From the NCBI RefSeq assembly GCF_039596135.1, contig NZ_JBCNKH010000001.1:330781-394780 (forward strand): a DNA stretch of 64,000 nucleotides. Direction: 5' to 3'. Position numbers and translations under genes: made by a program. The stretch's first letter is position 1, and the number at the start of each line of letters is the position of its first letter. The notes under the pieces are model-generated. The model was not told where the DNA came from and did no database searches. It worked only from the letters and a program-made list of their open reading frames with translations. Source of the DNA: Chitinophaga sp. (lineage in GTDB: Bacteria > Bacteroidota > Bacteroidia > Chitinophagales > Chitinophagaceae). Of this stretch, positions 9,057-18,276 are shown one piece after another.

Positions 9057-9968
9057 TTATATCTTATTGATCCTATCCGGATAATCCGTTATGATCCCAT
9101 CTACTCCCATCGCCTTCAACCTTTTCATATCCTCTACATCTACCACGGTCCACGGCACAACTTTCATTCCTTTATTATGACAATAATCCAGCAAATCTTT
9201 CGTCACCAAAGAATAATGCGGGTTGTAGAACGTGGGCAAAAATCCCAGGCCATCCAGCTGCTGTGTAAATGTTACATTCTTATCGCCTGTCAGGAATCCC
9301 AGGGCCACCTTTGGATATTTTTTGTGCAGCACCTGCAATGGCCGCATGTCAAAAGACTGAATCAGTAACCTGTGCCCCAGTTTTTTCAGTTGTTTCACTT
9401 CCATCAGTTTCTGCACATATTCTTCCGGTGCAGGTTGTTCCTTGCCATCTGTCTTTTCAGAAGACTTGATTTCAAGTAAATAATATACTGGTTCCTTATG
9501 GTTTTTCTTATTATATGCTTCTACAGAATCAATCATTTCAGACAGTAATGGGGCATAAGTCCGCAGTCGTTGTTGCTGTGGAAATTTTGGATATGCCTTT
9601 TCTCCTATTCTGAAAGGTCTGATATCACTATAATTCATCTGGTAGAAAATATAGTTCCCTCTTTCGGAGGGCTGAATTTCGCTGCCATCGGGTTTAGTTG
9701 TATACGCCGGGTCAAATGAAGCATCGTGGTACACCACTACTTTTCCGTCTTTTGTAATGTGTACATCGAACTCTAAGGTATTGGCTTTATCTTCAATAGC
9801 TCTATACATGGCGGGAATCGTATTTTCCGGCATCATTCCCCTTGTACCTCTATGTCCTACCTTAAAAAACGTTGGCAGGGGCGAAGCAGCCATCACCGCG
9901 GGCATCACGGCTGCTGCCATCAACAATGTCTGTAAAGATCTCATCTTATTCATTTGATTTAATAACAT
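9057..9968 (-). CDS. glycerophosphodiester phosphodiesterase
   Basis: 303 aa with a signal peptide. GDPD motifs GHRGTRGMMPENT and EFDVHITKDGKVVVYHD. Divergent from a DeoR/GlpR-type regulator. Confidence 0.85.
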   Translation of the reverse strand: MLLNQMNKMRSLQTLLMAAAVMPAVMAASPLPTFFKVGHRGTRGMMPENTIPAMYRAIEDKANTLEFDVHITKDGKVVVYHDASFDPAYTTKPDGSEIQPSERGNYIFYQMNYSDIRPFRIGEKAYPKFPQQQRLRTYAPLLSEMIDSVEAYNKKNHKEPVYYLLEIKSSEKTDGKEQPAPEEYVQKLMEVKQLKKLGHRLLIQSFDMRPLQVLHKKYPKVALGFLTGDKNVTFTQQLDGLGFLPTFYNPHYSLVTKDLLDYCHNKGMKVVPWTVVDVEDMKRLKAMGVDGIITDYPDRINKI

Positions 9969-10169
9969 TCTCTTTTCAAATCTTTCTTTTTATTTCGCCC
10001 TTTCTCCTGGTCCACTTTCGTTTCGACTTTCTATTCGGTGGCTGAAAATAATATTTTGTTAACTAGTTTTCAACACACTATGCCTCAAAAACGCTTTTAT
10101 ACATCAAAAAGCGCACTTTTTCCTAATATTTTTTTCTGTTAACATGTGTAAAATTCAACAACATGAAAG

Positions 10170-10177
10170 TAATTTTG
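10170..10177 (+). promoter_or_regulatory. possible Bacteroidota -7 promoter box (TAnnTTTG) for the DeoR-family gene
   Basis: Exact TAATTTTG, 34 nt upstream of ATG 10211. Confidence 0.35.
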
Positions 10178-10210
10178 TAACCAATTGAAGCAACAAAATC
10201 TTTTGCGCGT

Positions 10211-10981
10211 ATGTCAATGATAAATATCGCTGAGCGACATAAATATATATTAGACCGGTTAGCGGAAAAAGGGTATGTAAATGTAATAGACCTGTGCAAA
10301 GAGCTTGATGTATCTGGAGTAACCATCCGGAAAGACCTCAAGTTACTGGAAGACAAGGCCTTACTGTTCCGTTCGCATGGCGGCGCTACAGTTAATAATC
10401 CTTATATCAACGACAAACCTGTAAATGAAAAAGAAAAACTGCGCCGGGATGAGAAGAATCTCATCGGTGCAGCTGCGGCAACCCTCATCGCACATAATGA
10501 CGCTATAATTATTTCCTCTGGCACAACTGCCCTGGCCCTTGCCAGGAATATTCACCCCAAAGGCCATCTCACTGTCATCACCCCCGCACTCAACGTAGCA
10601 CAGGAACTGCTACGCTATCCGGAAATAGAAGTATTACAACTGGGAGGCATTGTCCGCAACAGTTCTTCTTCCGTGACCGGTAACTATGCCGAACGCATCC
10701 TCGCCGATTTCTCCTGCAGTAAACTGTTCCTCGGCCTCGAAGGCATAGACATTGAATTCGGACTCACAACCACAAATCTAATGGAAGCGCAGCTAAATCA
10801 ACGTATGGTGGCTGCTGCACAAAAAACAATCGTCATTGCCGACTCGTCTAAATTCGGTAGGAGGGGGTTTGGTAAGATATGTGGCCTGGAAGATATCGAT
10901 GAAATTATCACCGATAGCGGTATCTCAGCCCATATTGTAAAAGCCGTAGAAGAAATGGGGATCAATGTGACTATCGTATAG
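10211..10981 (+). CDS. DeoR/GlpR family transcriptional regulator
   Basis: 256 aa. N-terminal wHTH (RHKYILDRLAEKGYVNVIDLCKELDVSGVTIRKDL) and a C-terminal DeoR sugar-phosphate sensor domain. Confidence 0.85.
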   Translation: MSMINIAERHKYILDRLAEKGYVNVIDLCKELDVSGVTIRKDLKLLEDKALLFRSHGGATVNNPYINDKPVNEKEKLRRDEKNLIGAAAATLIAHNDAIIISSGTTALALARNIHPKGHLTVITPALNVAQELLRYPEIEVLQLGGIVRNSSSSVTGNYAERILADFSCSKLFLGLEGIDIEFGLTTTNLMEAQLNQRMVAAAQKTIVIADSSKFGRRGFGKICGLEDIDEIITDSGISAHIVKAVEEMGINVTIV

Positions 10982-11313
10982 TCCTGGTCACCCACTTAAT
11001 ATATTATATAACCCCATTCTATTGGTTGCTATAGCAACCAGTGCGGATTTTCTATGCATATATTAAACTAATTCTCAACACGATCTACTTCACTGAGGGT
11101 AAAATACGTACACTTTTACCGCCCGCACTTATTATATTCTAACAATTGCCTATACTTTTTTAATCTTTTCTAAATTTTTAGTGTTATACGAATGTTTTAA
11201 TAAAAAATACCGGCTTCCTTTAGTATCTTTATACCGTTCCCGAAACAATTACGGTACCTCCACCGCGCCCTGAGAAGGGTGAAGTGTGTGCCAAGGTCAA
11301 AAAATCTAAACGA

Positions 11314-14300
11314 ATGCAAGAAGTGAAGCAATTGCAAGGACTGTACCACCCGGATTTTGAACATGATGCATGCGGAACAGGCTTTACTGTCCATATTAAG
11401 GGCCGTAAATCGCATCAGATCATCCGGGATGCGCTTACCATGTTGGAAAATATGGAACACCGCGGTGCATGTGGCTGTGAACAAAACACCGGTGACGGGG
11501 CAGGGATTCTTATCCAGCTCCCGCACGAGTTTTTGTACGACGAATGTCTGAAAATAGGCATCAGTCTGCCGGAATTTGGTAAATATGGTGTGGGTATGGT
11601 CTTCTTTCCAAAAGAACCACGATGGAGAGAAGAATGCCGCGAGATCCTGGCCCGGGCGGCGGAAAAACTTGGCCTCGATATTCTTGGATATCGTAAAGTT
11701 CCCGTTCGTCCCGATGGCATTGGAGAAAGCGCCCTTTCAGTAGAACCTGAAATCGAACAGGTATTTATCGCCTGTCCTCATCATATTGCCGACAACGACG
11801 AGTTTGAACGTAAACTCTTCGTGCTCCGTAATTATGTGTCCAAAACCGTTAGGAATACTGTTCCTAAGGAAAAAGCACTATTTTACTTTGCCTCCCTCTC
11901 TACTAAAACGATTGTATATAAAGGCCAGCTCACTACCTACCAGGTACGTCATTATTATGCTGACCTGAGCGACGAGAAGATGGTATCTGCCTTTGCAGTG
12001 ATCCACTCCCGTTTCGCTACCAATACTTTCCCAAGCTGGAGACTGGCTCACCCTTACCGCTACATCGCGCACAATGGTGAGATCAATACCCTGAAGGGTA
12101 ACCTCAACTGGCTCCGCGCCGGCGAAAAGGACTTCGTGTCCAAATACTTCTCCCAGGAAGAAATGGACATGCTGCTGCCTATCGTGGAAGAAGGTCAGTC
12201 CGACTCCGCCAGCCTGGATAATGTTGTAGAACTCCTGCTGCTCACCGGCCGTTCCCTCCCTCATGTTATGATGATGCTCATTCCTGAAGCATGGGATGGT
12301 AACGAGGATATGGATCCGGTAAGAAAAGCATTCTACGAATACCACGCTTCTATGATGGAACCATGGGATGGACCTGCCTGTATCTCGTTTACAGACGGTA
12401 AAATCATTGGTGGTACCCTGGATCGTAACGGTCTCCGCCCTGCACGCTTCGTTGTTACTAAAGACGATCGCGTTATCATGGCGTCCGAAGCCGGCGTACT
12501 GCCCGTAGATCCTAAGAACATTAAAGAAAAAGGCCGTCTGCAACCAGGCAAAATGTTCATCGTGGACATGGAAGCCGGCAGAATTATCGGCGATGAGGAA
12601 CTGAAACAGAACATCTGCTCTCAGCAACCTTACGGCGAATGGCTGAACAAATACAAAATCCGTCTCGAAGAGCTGCCTGAACCACGTGTTACTTTCAGTC
12701 ACCTGGAACCAGAACAGATCTTTAAATACCAGCGCGCCTTCGGTTATACCACCGAAGATCTCAATACCATCATCGCTCCAATGGCCCTGGATGGTAAAGA
12801 GCCGATCGGCTCCATGGGTACAGATGCTCCCCTGGCTGTGCTGAGCGATCAACCACAGCACCTGACCAGCTACTTCAAGCAGCTGTTCGCACAGGTGACT
12901 AACCCACCAATCGATCCGATCCGCGAAAGACTCGTAATGTCACTGGCTACCTATGTAGGTAACAATGGCAACCTGCTGGACGAAAATCCCCTGCACTGTC
13001 ATGGTGTGGCCCTGCGTCACCCCATCCTGAGCAACTATGAGCTGGAAAAGATCCGTAGCATAGATACAGGTCTGTTCCAGGCGAAGACCCTGCAAACTTA
13101 CTTCCGTGCCGACGGCAAAGCCGGCTCCATGGAAAAAGGCCTGCAACGTCTGTGCCGCTATGCTGTAGATGCTGTAGAAGATGGTTACGAAGTAATCATC
13201 CTCTCTGACAGGGCGATCGACTCCGAACACGCTGCTATCCCGTCTATCCTCGCTGCATCTGCCGTACACCACCACCTCATCCGCAAAGGATACCGTGGCC
13301 AGGTAGGTATCATCGTGGAAGCCGGCGATGTGTGGGAAGTTCACCACTTTGCCTGCCTGTTAGGGTTTGGGGTAACTGCTATCAACCCTTACCTGGCACT
13401 CAGCACCATCCGTGATATGAAGCTGAACGGCAAACTGGAAACTGAATATGATGTTGACAAACTGAAGAAGAATTATGTCAAGGCTGTCTGCGATGGTCTG
13501 CTGAAAGTCTTCTCCAAAATGGGTATCTCTACCCTGCAATCTTACCAGGGTGCACAGATATTCGAAATATTAGGTATCAACCGCCAGGTAGTAGATAAAT
13601 ACTTTACCGGTGCAGTATCCCGTATCCAGGGTATGGGCCTCGACGAGATCGCCCGCGAAACCCTCGCTAAACACTGGATGGGTTATGGCCGTAAAGAGAC
13701 TCCTGTATCCCGCCTGGGTGTAGGAGGTATCTACCAGTGGAAGAGAAAAGGGGAGTTCCACCTTTTCAACCCAACCACTATCCACCTGCTGCAGTTATCT
13801 ACCCGTATGGGCGACTACAGCATCTTCAAGAAATATTCCAAAGCGGTAAACGACCAGAGTGAAAAAGCTGCTACGCTGCGTAGCACGTTCACCTTCAAGC
13901 GTAACCGTCCGTCTATTACGCTTGATGAAGTAGAATCTGCAGAAAGCATCATGAAACGCTTCGCTACAGGTGCGATGAGCTTTGGCTCTATCTCTCACGA
14001 AGCTCACTCTACACTGGCAATCGCTATGAACCGTATTGGTGCCAAGAGCAATACCGGTGAAGGTGGTGAAGATGAAATGCGCTACGAAAAACTGCCTAAT
14101 GGCGATAGCATGCGCTCTGCTATCAAGCAGGTTGCAAGTGCACGTTTCGGCGTGACCAGCAACTACCTGAGCAATGCAGACGAATTACAGATCAAGATGG
14201 CACAGGGTGCTAAACCCGGAGAGGGTGGCCAGCTGCCCGGCCATAAAGTGGATGACTGGATCGCGAAAGTACGTCACTCTACACCTGGTGTAGGTCTGAT

Positions 14301-15840
14301 TTCTCCGCCTCCGCACCACGATATCTACTCTATCGAGGATCTGGCTCAGCTGATCTTCGACCTGAAAAATGCTAACCGTGCTGCACGCATCAGCGTAAAA
14401 CTGGTGTCTAAAGCAGGTGTTGGTACAATCGCTGCCGGCGTAGCCAAGGCAAAGGCAGATGTGATCCTCATCGCTGGCTTTGACGGCGGTACCGGTGCAT
14501 CTCCGATCAGCTCTATCAAGCACGCTGGTCTGCCATGGGAACTGGGTCTGGCTGAAACTCACCAGACACTGGTAAAGAACAAGCTGCGTGGCCGCGTAGT
14601 CGTACAGGCAGATGGTCAGCTTAAGACAGGCCGCGACATCGCTATCGCTACCCTGCTGGGTGCGGAAGAATGGGGTGTAGCAACTGCTGCACTGGTGGCT
14701 GAAGGTTGTATCATGATGCGTAAATGTCACCTGAACACCTGCCCTGTAGGTGTGGCGACACAGGATCCTGAACTGCGCAAACGCTTCAACGGCGATCCTG
14801 AAAACGTAGTGAACCTGTTCAAATTCCTGGTAGAAGAGTTCCGTGAAATTATGGCTGAACTGGGCTTCCGTACTGTAAACGAAATGGTGGGTCAATCTGA
14901 CTGCCTGCAGGTACGTGAGAACATCACCCACTGGAAATATAAAAACCTGGACGTATCCCAGATTCTGTACAAAGAACCTGCTGACGAAACAACAGCGCTG
15001 TTCAAGTCTGAAGAACAGGATCACGGTATCAGCGAAGTGATTGACTGGCAGCTGCTGAAAGCTGCACAGGCAGCCCTCGACAAAAAAACCAGGGTATTCC
15101 AGCAGTTCAATGTTAAAAATACTGACCGTTCCGTAGGTACAATTCTGAGCAATGAGATCTCTAAACGTTATCAGGGCCCAGGTTTACCAGAAGATACGAT
15201 CCACTTTAAATTCGTTGGTTCTGCCGGCCAGAGCTTCGGGGCATTCAACACCAAAGGTGTAACTCTGGAACTGGAAGGTGAGGCAAATGACTACTTCGGT
15301 AAAGGTCTTTCCGGTGCTAAACTGGTTCTTTATCCAAATGCGGAAGCAGGCTTCAAAGCGGAAGAAAACATCATCGCTGGTAACGTAGCCTTCTATGGCG
15401 CTACCTCTGGTGAAGCTTACATCCGTGGTAAAGCAGGTGAACGTTTCTGTGTACGTAACTCAGGTGCTACCATCGTATCTGAAGGCGTGGGAGACCACGG
15501 CTGCGAATACATGACCGGTGGTAGAGCTGTCATCCTCGGTGAGACCGGCCGTAACTTCGGCGCTGGTATGAGTGGTGGTATTGCTTATGTATACGATGTG
15601 AAAGGCAATTTCGCCGGCCGTTGCAATAAGGAAATGATCGACCTCGATCCCCTAGATCAGGAAGATGCTACCGCACTGCACGACCTGATCACTAAGCACC
15701 ACGCTTACACAAACAGTACTGTGGCTAAGTTCATCCTGAAAGATTGGGAAAACCAGCTGCGTCACTTTGTGAAAGTATTCCCGAAAGAATACAAAGCAGT
15801 GCTGACAGCCTCCCAGGCAAAGGAGAAGGTAGAGAAGTAG
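11314..15840 (+). CDS. gltB: glutamate synthase large subunit
   Basis: About 1508 aa. The Ntn amidotransferase Cys is in EHDACGTGF near the N terminus. FMN/Fe-S central domains and a C-terminal GXGXG region are present. Start taken at ATG 11314 (track begins at GTG 11284). Confidence 0.95.
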   Translation: MQEVKQLQGLYHPDFEHDACGTGFTVHIKGRKSHQIIRDALTMLENMEHRGACGCEQNTGDGAGILIQLPHEFLYDECLKIGISLPEFGKYGVGMVFFPKEPRWREECREILARAAEKLGLDILGYRKVPVRPDGIGESALSVEPEIEQVFIACPHHIADNDEFERKLFVLRNYVSKTVRNTVPKEKALFYFASLSTKTIVYKGQLTTYQVRHYYADLSDEKMVSAFAVIHSRFATNTFPSWRLAHPYRYIAHNGEINTLKGNLNWLRAGEKDFVSKYFSQEEMDMLLPIVEEGQSDSASLDNVVELLLLTGRSLPHVMMMLIPEAWDGNEDMDPVRKAFYEYHASMMEPWDGPACISFTDGKIIGGTLDRNGLRPARFVVTKDDRVIMASEAGVLPVDPKNIKEKGRLQPGKMFIVDMEAGRIIGDEELKQNICSQQPYGEWLNKYKIRLEELPEPRVTFSHLEPEQIFKYQRAFGYTTEDLNTIIAPMALDGKEPIGSMGTDAPLAVLSDQPQHLTSYFKQLFAQVTNPPIDPIRERLVMSLATYVGNNGNLLDENPLHCHGVALRHPILSNYELEKIRSIDTGLFQAKTLQTYFRADGKAGSMEKGLQRLCRYAVDAVEDGYEVIILSDRAIDSEHAAIPSILAASAVHHHLIRKGYRGQVGIIVEAGDVWEVHHFACLLGFGVTAINPYLALSTIRDMKLNGKLETEYDVDKLKKNYVKAVCDGLLKVFSKMGISTLQSYQGAQIFEILGINRQVVDKYFTGAVSRIQGMGLDEIARETLAKHWMGYGRKETPVSRLGVGGIYQWKRKGEFHLFNPTTIHLLQLSTRMGDYSIFKKYSKAVNDQSEKAATLRSTFTFKRNRPSITLDEVESAESIMKRFATGAMSFGSISHEAHSTLAIAMNRIGAKSNTGEGGEDEMRYEKLPNGDSMRSAIKQVASARFGVTSNYLSNADELQIKMAQGAKPGEGGQLPGHKVDDWIAKVRHSTPGVGLISPPPHHDIYSIEDLAQLIFDLKNANRAARISVKLVSKAGVGTIAAGVAKAKADVILIAGFDGGTGASPISSIKHAGLPWELGLAETHQTLVKNKLRGRVVVQADGQLKTGRDIAIATLLGAEEWGVATAALVAEGCIMMRKCHLNTCPVGVATQDPELRKRFNGDPENVVNLFKFLVEEFREIMAELGFRTVNEMVGQSDCLQVRENITHWKYKNLDVSQILYKEPADETTALFKSEEQDHGISEVIDWQLLKAAQAALDKKTRVFQQFNVKNTDRSVGTILSNEISKRYQGPGLPEDTIHFKFVGSAGQSFGAFNTKGVTLELEGEANDYFGKGLSGAKLVLYPNAEAGFKAEENIIAGNVAFYGATSGEAYIRGKAGERFCVRNSGATIVSEGVGDHGCEYMTGGRAVILGETGRNFGAGMSGGIAYVYDVKGNFAGRCNKEMIDLDPLDQEDATALHDLITKHHAYTNSTVAKFILKDWENQLRHFVKVFPKEYKAVLTASQAKEKVEK

Positions 15841-15869
15841 TAACATTAACAATCTAACGACAACCAAAA

Positions 15870-17345
15870 ATGGGCAAACCAACAGGATTCCTGGAATTTA
15901 CAAGAGAGCTGCCTGGAAAGAAAGCTCCTCGGGAAAGAGTCCAGAACTATAACGAATTCGTAGAAAGACTTTCAGATACCAAGCTGAATGAACAGTCTGC
16001 GCGCTGCATGAACTGTGGTGTTCCTTTCTGTCACAGCGGTTGCCCGCTGGGTAACGTAATTCCTGAATTCAACGATGCAGTCTATCACAAAGACTGGAAA
16101 GAAGCATATGAAATCTTAACCAGCACTAACAACTTCCCTGAGTTCACAGGCCGTATCTGTCCTGCGCCTTGCGAAAGTGCATGTGTGTTGGGTATTAATC
16201 AACCTCCTGTGGCGATCGAAGAAATTGAACGCCACATCATCGAAATCGCTTTCGACAAAGGACTGGTACAGGCTAAAACGCCTCGTGTACGCACCGGCAA
16301 GAAAGTAGCAGTAATCGGTTCCGGCCCTGCCGGCCTGGCTGCTGCCGCCCAGCTGAACTATGCGGGTCACCTGGTAACCGTGTTCGAAAGAGACGATGCT
16401 CCCGGAGGCCTGCTCCGCTACGGTATTCCTGACTTCAAACTGGAGAAATGGGTAATAGACCGCCGTGTGAAAGTAATGGAAGAAGAAGGCGTAACCTTCC
16501 AGTGCAATGCCAATGTAGGTGTAAACGTAAGCGTGAACGACCTGCTCCGTGAATACAATGCGATCGTACTGGCTGGTGGTTCCACCATCCCCCGCGACCT
16601 GAATATTCCCGGCCGTCAGCTGAAAGGTGTACACTATGCAATGGACTTCCTGAAACAGCAGAACAAACGCGTAAGCAACCGCGCAGTGAGCGGTGAAGAT
16701 ATTCTGGCTACCGGCAAGCACGTTGTAGTAATTGGTGGTGGTGATACTGGCTCTGACTGTGTAGGTACATCCAACCGTCATGGCGCTGCAACCATCACCC
16801 AGCTGGAACTGATGCCAAAGCCACCCGGAGAACGTACTCCTTATATGCCATGGCCTACTTATCCAATGTTGCTGAAAACAACTACTTCTCACGAAGAAGG
16901 TGCTGACCGCCACTGGGCTATTGGTACCAAAGAGTTTGTAGGTGATGGCAAGGGCAACCTGAAAGGACTGAAACTGGTAGATCTGCAATGGAGCCTGGGC
17001 GTAGATGGTCGTCCCGGTGGATTTACAGAAGTACCTGGTTCTGAAAGAGAGGTTGCCTGCGAACTGGCTTTCCTGGCCATGGGCTTCCTGCATCCGCAGC
17101 ATACCGGATTGTTAGACGATCTGGGTGTTGAGAAAGATGAAAGAGGCAACGTGAAAGCAGGAGAGAAGGCATTCCAGACTTCTATACCTAAGGTGTTTGC
17201 AGCAGGCGATATGCGCCGTGGACAATCACTGGTGGTATGGGCTATCAGTGAAGGCCGTGAATGCGCGCGTAAAGTAGATGAGTTCCTGATGGGTACTTCC
17301 CAGCTGGAAAGCAAAGATGCTTCTTTACCGGCAATGGCAGTGTAA
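15870..17345 (+). CDS. gltD: glutamate synthase small subunit (NADPH)
   Basis: 491 aa. Cys clusters CMNCGVPFCH and CPAPCESAC. Dinucleotide folds VAVIGSGPAGLAAA and VVVIGGGDTGSDC. Lies 29 nt after gltB. Confidence 0.95.
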   Translation: MGKPTGFLEFTRELPGKKAPRERVQNYNEFVERLSDTKLNEQSARCMNCGVPFCHSGCPLGNVIPEFNDAVYHKDWKEAYEILTSTNNFPEFTGRICPAPCESACVLGINQPPVAIEEIERHIIEIAFDKGLVQAKTPRVRTGKKVAVIGSGPAGLAAAAQLNYAGHLVTVFERDDAPGGLLRYGIPDFKLEKWVIDRRVKVMEEEGVTFQCNANVGVNVSVNDLLREYNAIVLAGGSTIPRDLNIPGRQLKGVHYAMDFLKQQNKRVSNRAVSGEDILATGKHVVVIGGGDTGSDCVGTSNRHGAATITQLELMPKPPGERTPYMPWPTYPMLLKTTTSHEEGADRHWAIGTKEFVGDGKGNLKGLKLVDLQWSLGVDGRPGGFTEVPGSEREVACELAFLAMGFLHPQHTGLLDDLGVEKDERGNVKAGEKAFQTSIPKVFAAGDMRRGQSLVVWAISEGRECARKVDEFLMGTSQLESKDASLPAMAV

Positions 17346-17463
17346 ACACATAGTCTAGATGTGAATGTGCGTATCTTTTTTCAAACCTGCTGATCGATAC
17401 AAACACACATTAGTAATAAAGATTCTCATAAGCAGGTTTAGATTTTGTTGTAACCTTCAGCCG

Positions 17464-17490
17464 GGCCGGGTCTTTACCCGGCCTTTTCTT
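17464..17490 (+). terminator. intrinsic terminator of gltBD
   Basis: Stem GGCCGGGT/ACCCGGCC with loop CTTT, then TTTTCTTATTTTT. Confidence 0.8.
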
Positions 17491-17503
17491 ATTTTTGTTC
17501 ATC

Positions 17504-18115
17504 ATGAAAAAGATATTCATTTTTCTCCTTGTTCTCGGAGCCACACATACCGCCTTCGCTCAGATAGGTCATACTATCTACGACACTCACAACTATAAAA
17601 AAGGCATTTACAAGTCCTTCGAGGAGTTCCGTAACAACGAACCTTCCGAGACAGGCAATATTGTAATAAAAGGTAAAACCACTGCCGCCCAGGTTTATCT
17701 CATGTCTGCCCCCACAGAACTGATCGCCATCGACAGCACCGGAAAGGAACATAAAATAAAAAAATACTGGGGCTACTGCGACGGTACTAACTTATATGTC
17801 AGGGACAATGGGCTTCAAAAAATTGAGGAAGTTGGCTATTACTGCTTATACCAGGTTCGCGCCATTTCCTCCGCCACTCCTAATCGCGCCACCGACGGCA
17901 TGGTATTCAGTAATACCCCGCCGGCCGCTGTAAACAAAAAGGTTATCAACCTCGTCACTGGCAACTTCTACGACCTGACTTTATATAATATGAAGAAATT
18001 CATCCTTCCACAGGATACCGCTTTAACAAGGGAATTCTACCAGGATCCTAAAAACAAAGAACGCCTGGTCTACTACATCCAGAAATTTAATCAACGGAAT
18101 ACCCCTAATTGGTAA
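17504..18115 (+). CDS. hypothetical secreted protein
   Basis: ORF with signal peptide MKKIFIFLLVLGATHTAFAQ. No family recognised. Followed by a strong terminator. Confidence 0.5.
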   Translation: MKKIFIFLLVLGATHTAFAQIGHTIYDTHNYKKGIYKSFEEFRNNEPSETGNIVIKGKTTAAQVYLMSAPTELIAIDSTGKEHKIKKYWGYCDGTNLYVRDNGLQKIEEVGYYCLYQVRAISSATPNRATDGMVFSNTPPAAVNKKVINLVTGNFYDLTLYNMKKFILPQDTALTREFYQDPKNKERLVYYIQKFNQRNTPNW

Positions 18116-18136
18116 TTCCACCTATAAATACTCATA

Positions 18137-18171
18137 AAAAGCGCTTTTATCGACGGTAAAAGCGCTTTTTT
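18137..18171 (+). terminator. intrinsic terminator
   Basis: Stem AAAAGCGCTTTTA/TAAAAGCGCTTTT followed by a T-run. Confidence 0.8.
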
Positions 18172-18276
18172 AATTAAACCCCTGCTGTAGGTATAAATTT
18201 TGTTTAATAACTCTATGTTTAAACAAGGGTCCGCCTAATGCGTTTTAACTCAGTATTTTCTATGTAATCCTTTTAA

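Noticed and set aside
11878-12861. 327-aa antisense ORF inside gltB (the same applies to 14185..15024 and 12940..13347)
   Set aside because: These are shadow ORFs opposite a strongly supported, motif-rich gene. The composition is low-complexity and no family signature is present.
16116-17102. 328-aa antisense ORF inside gltD
   Set aside because: Shadow ORF opposite gltD with no motifs.
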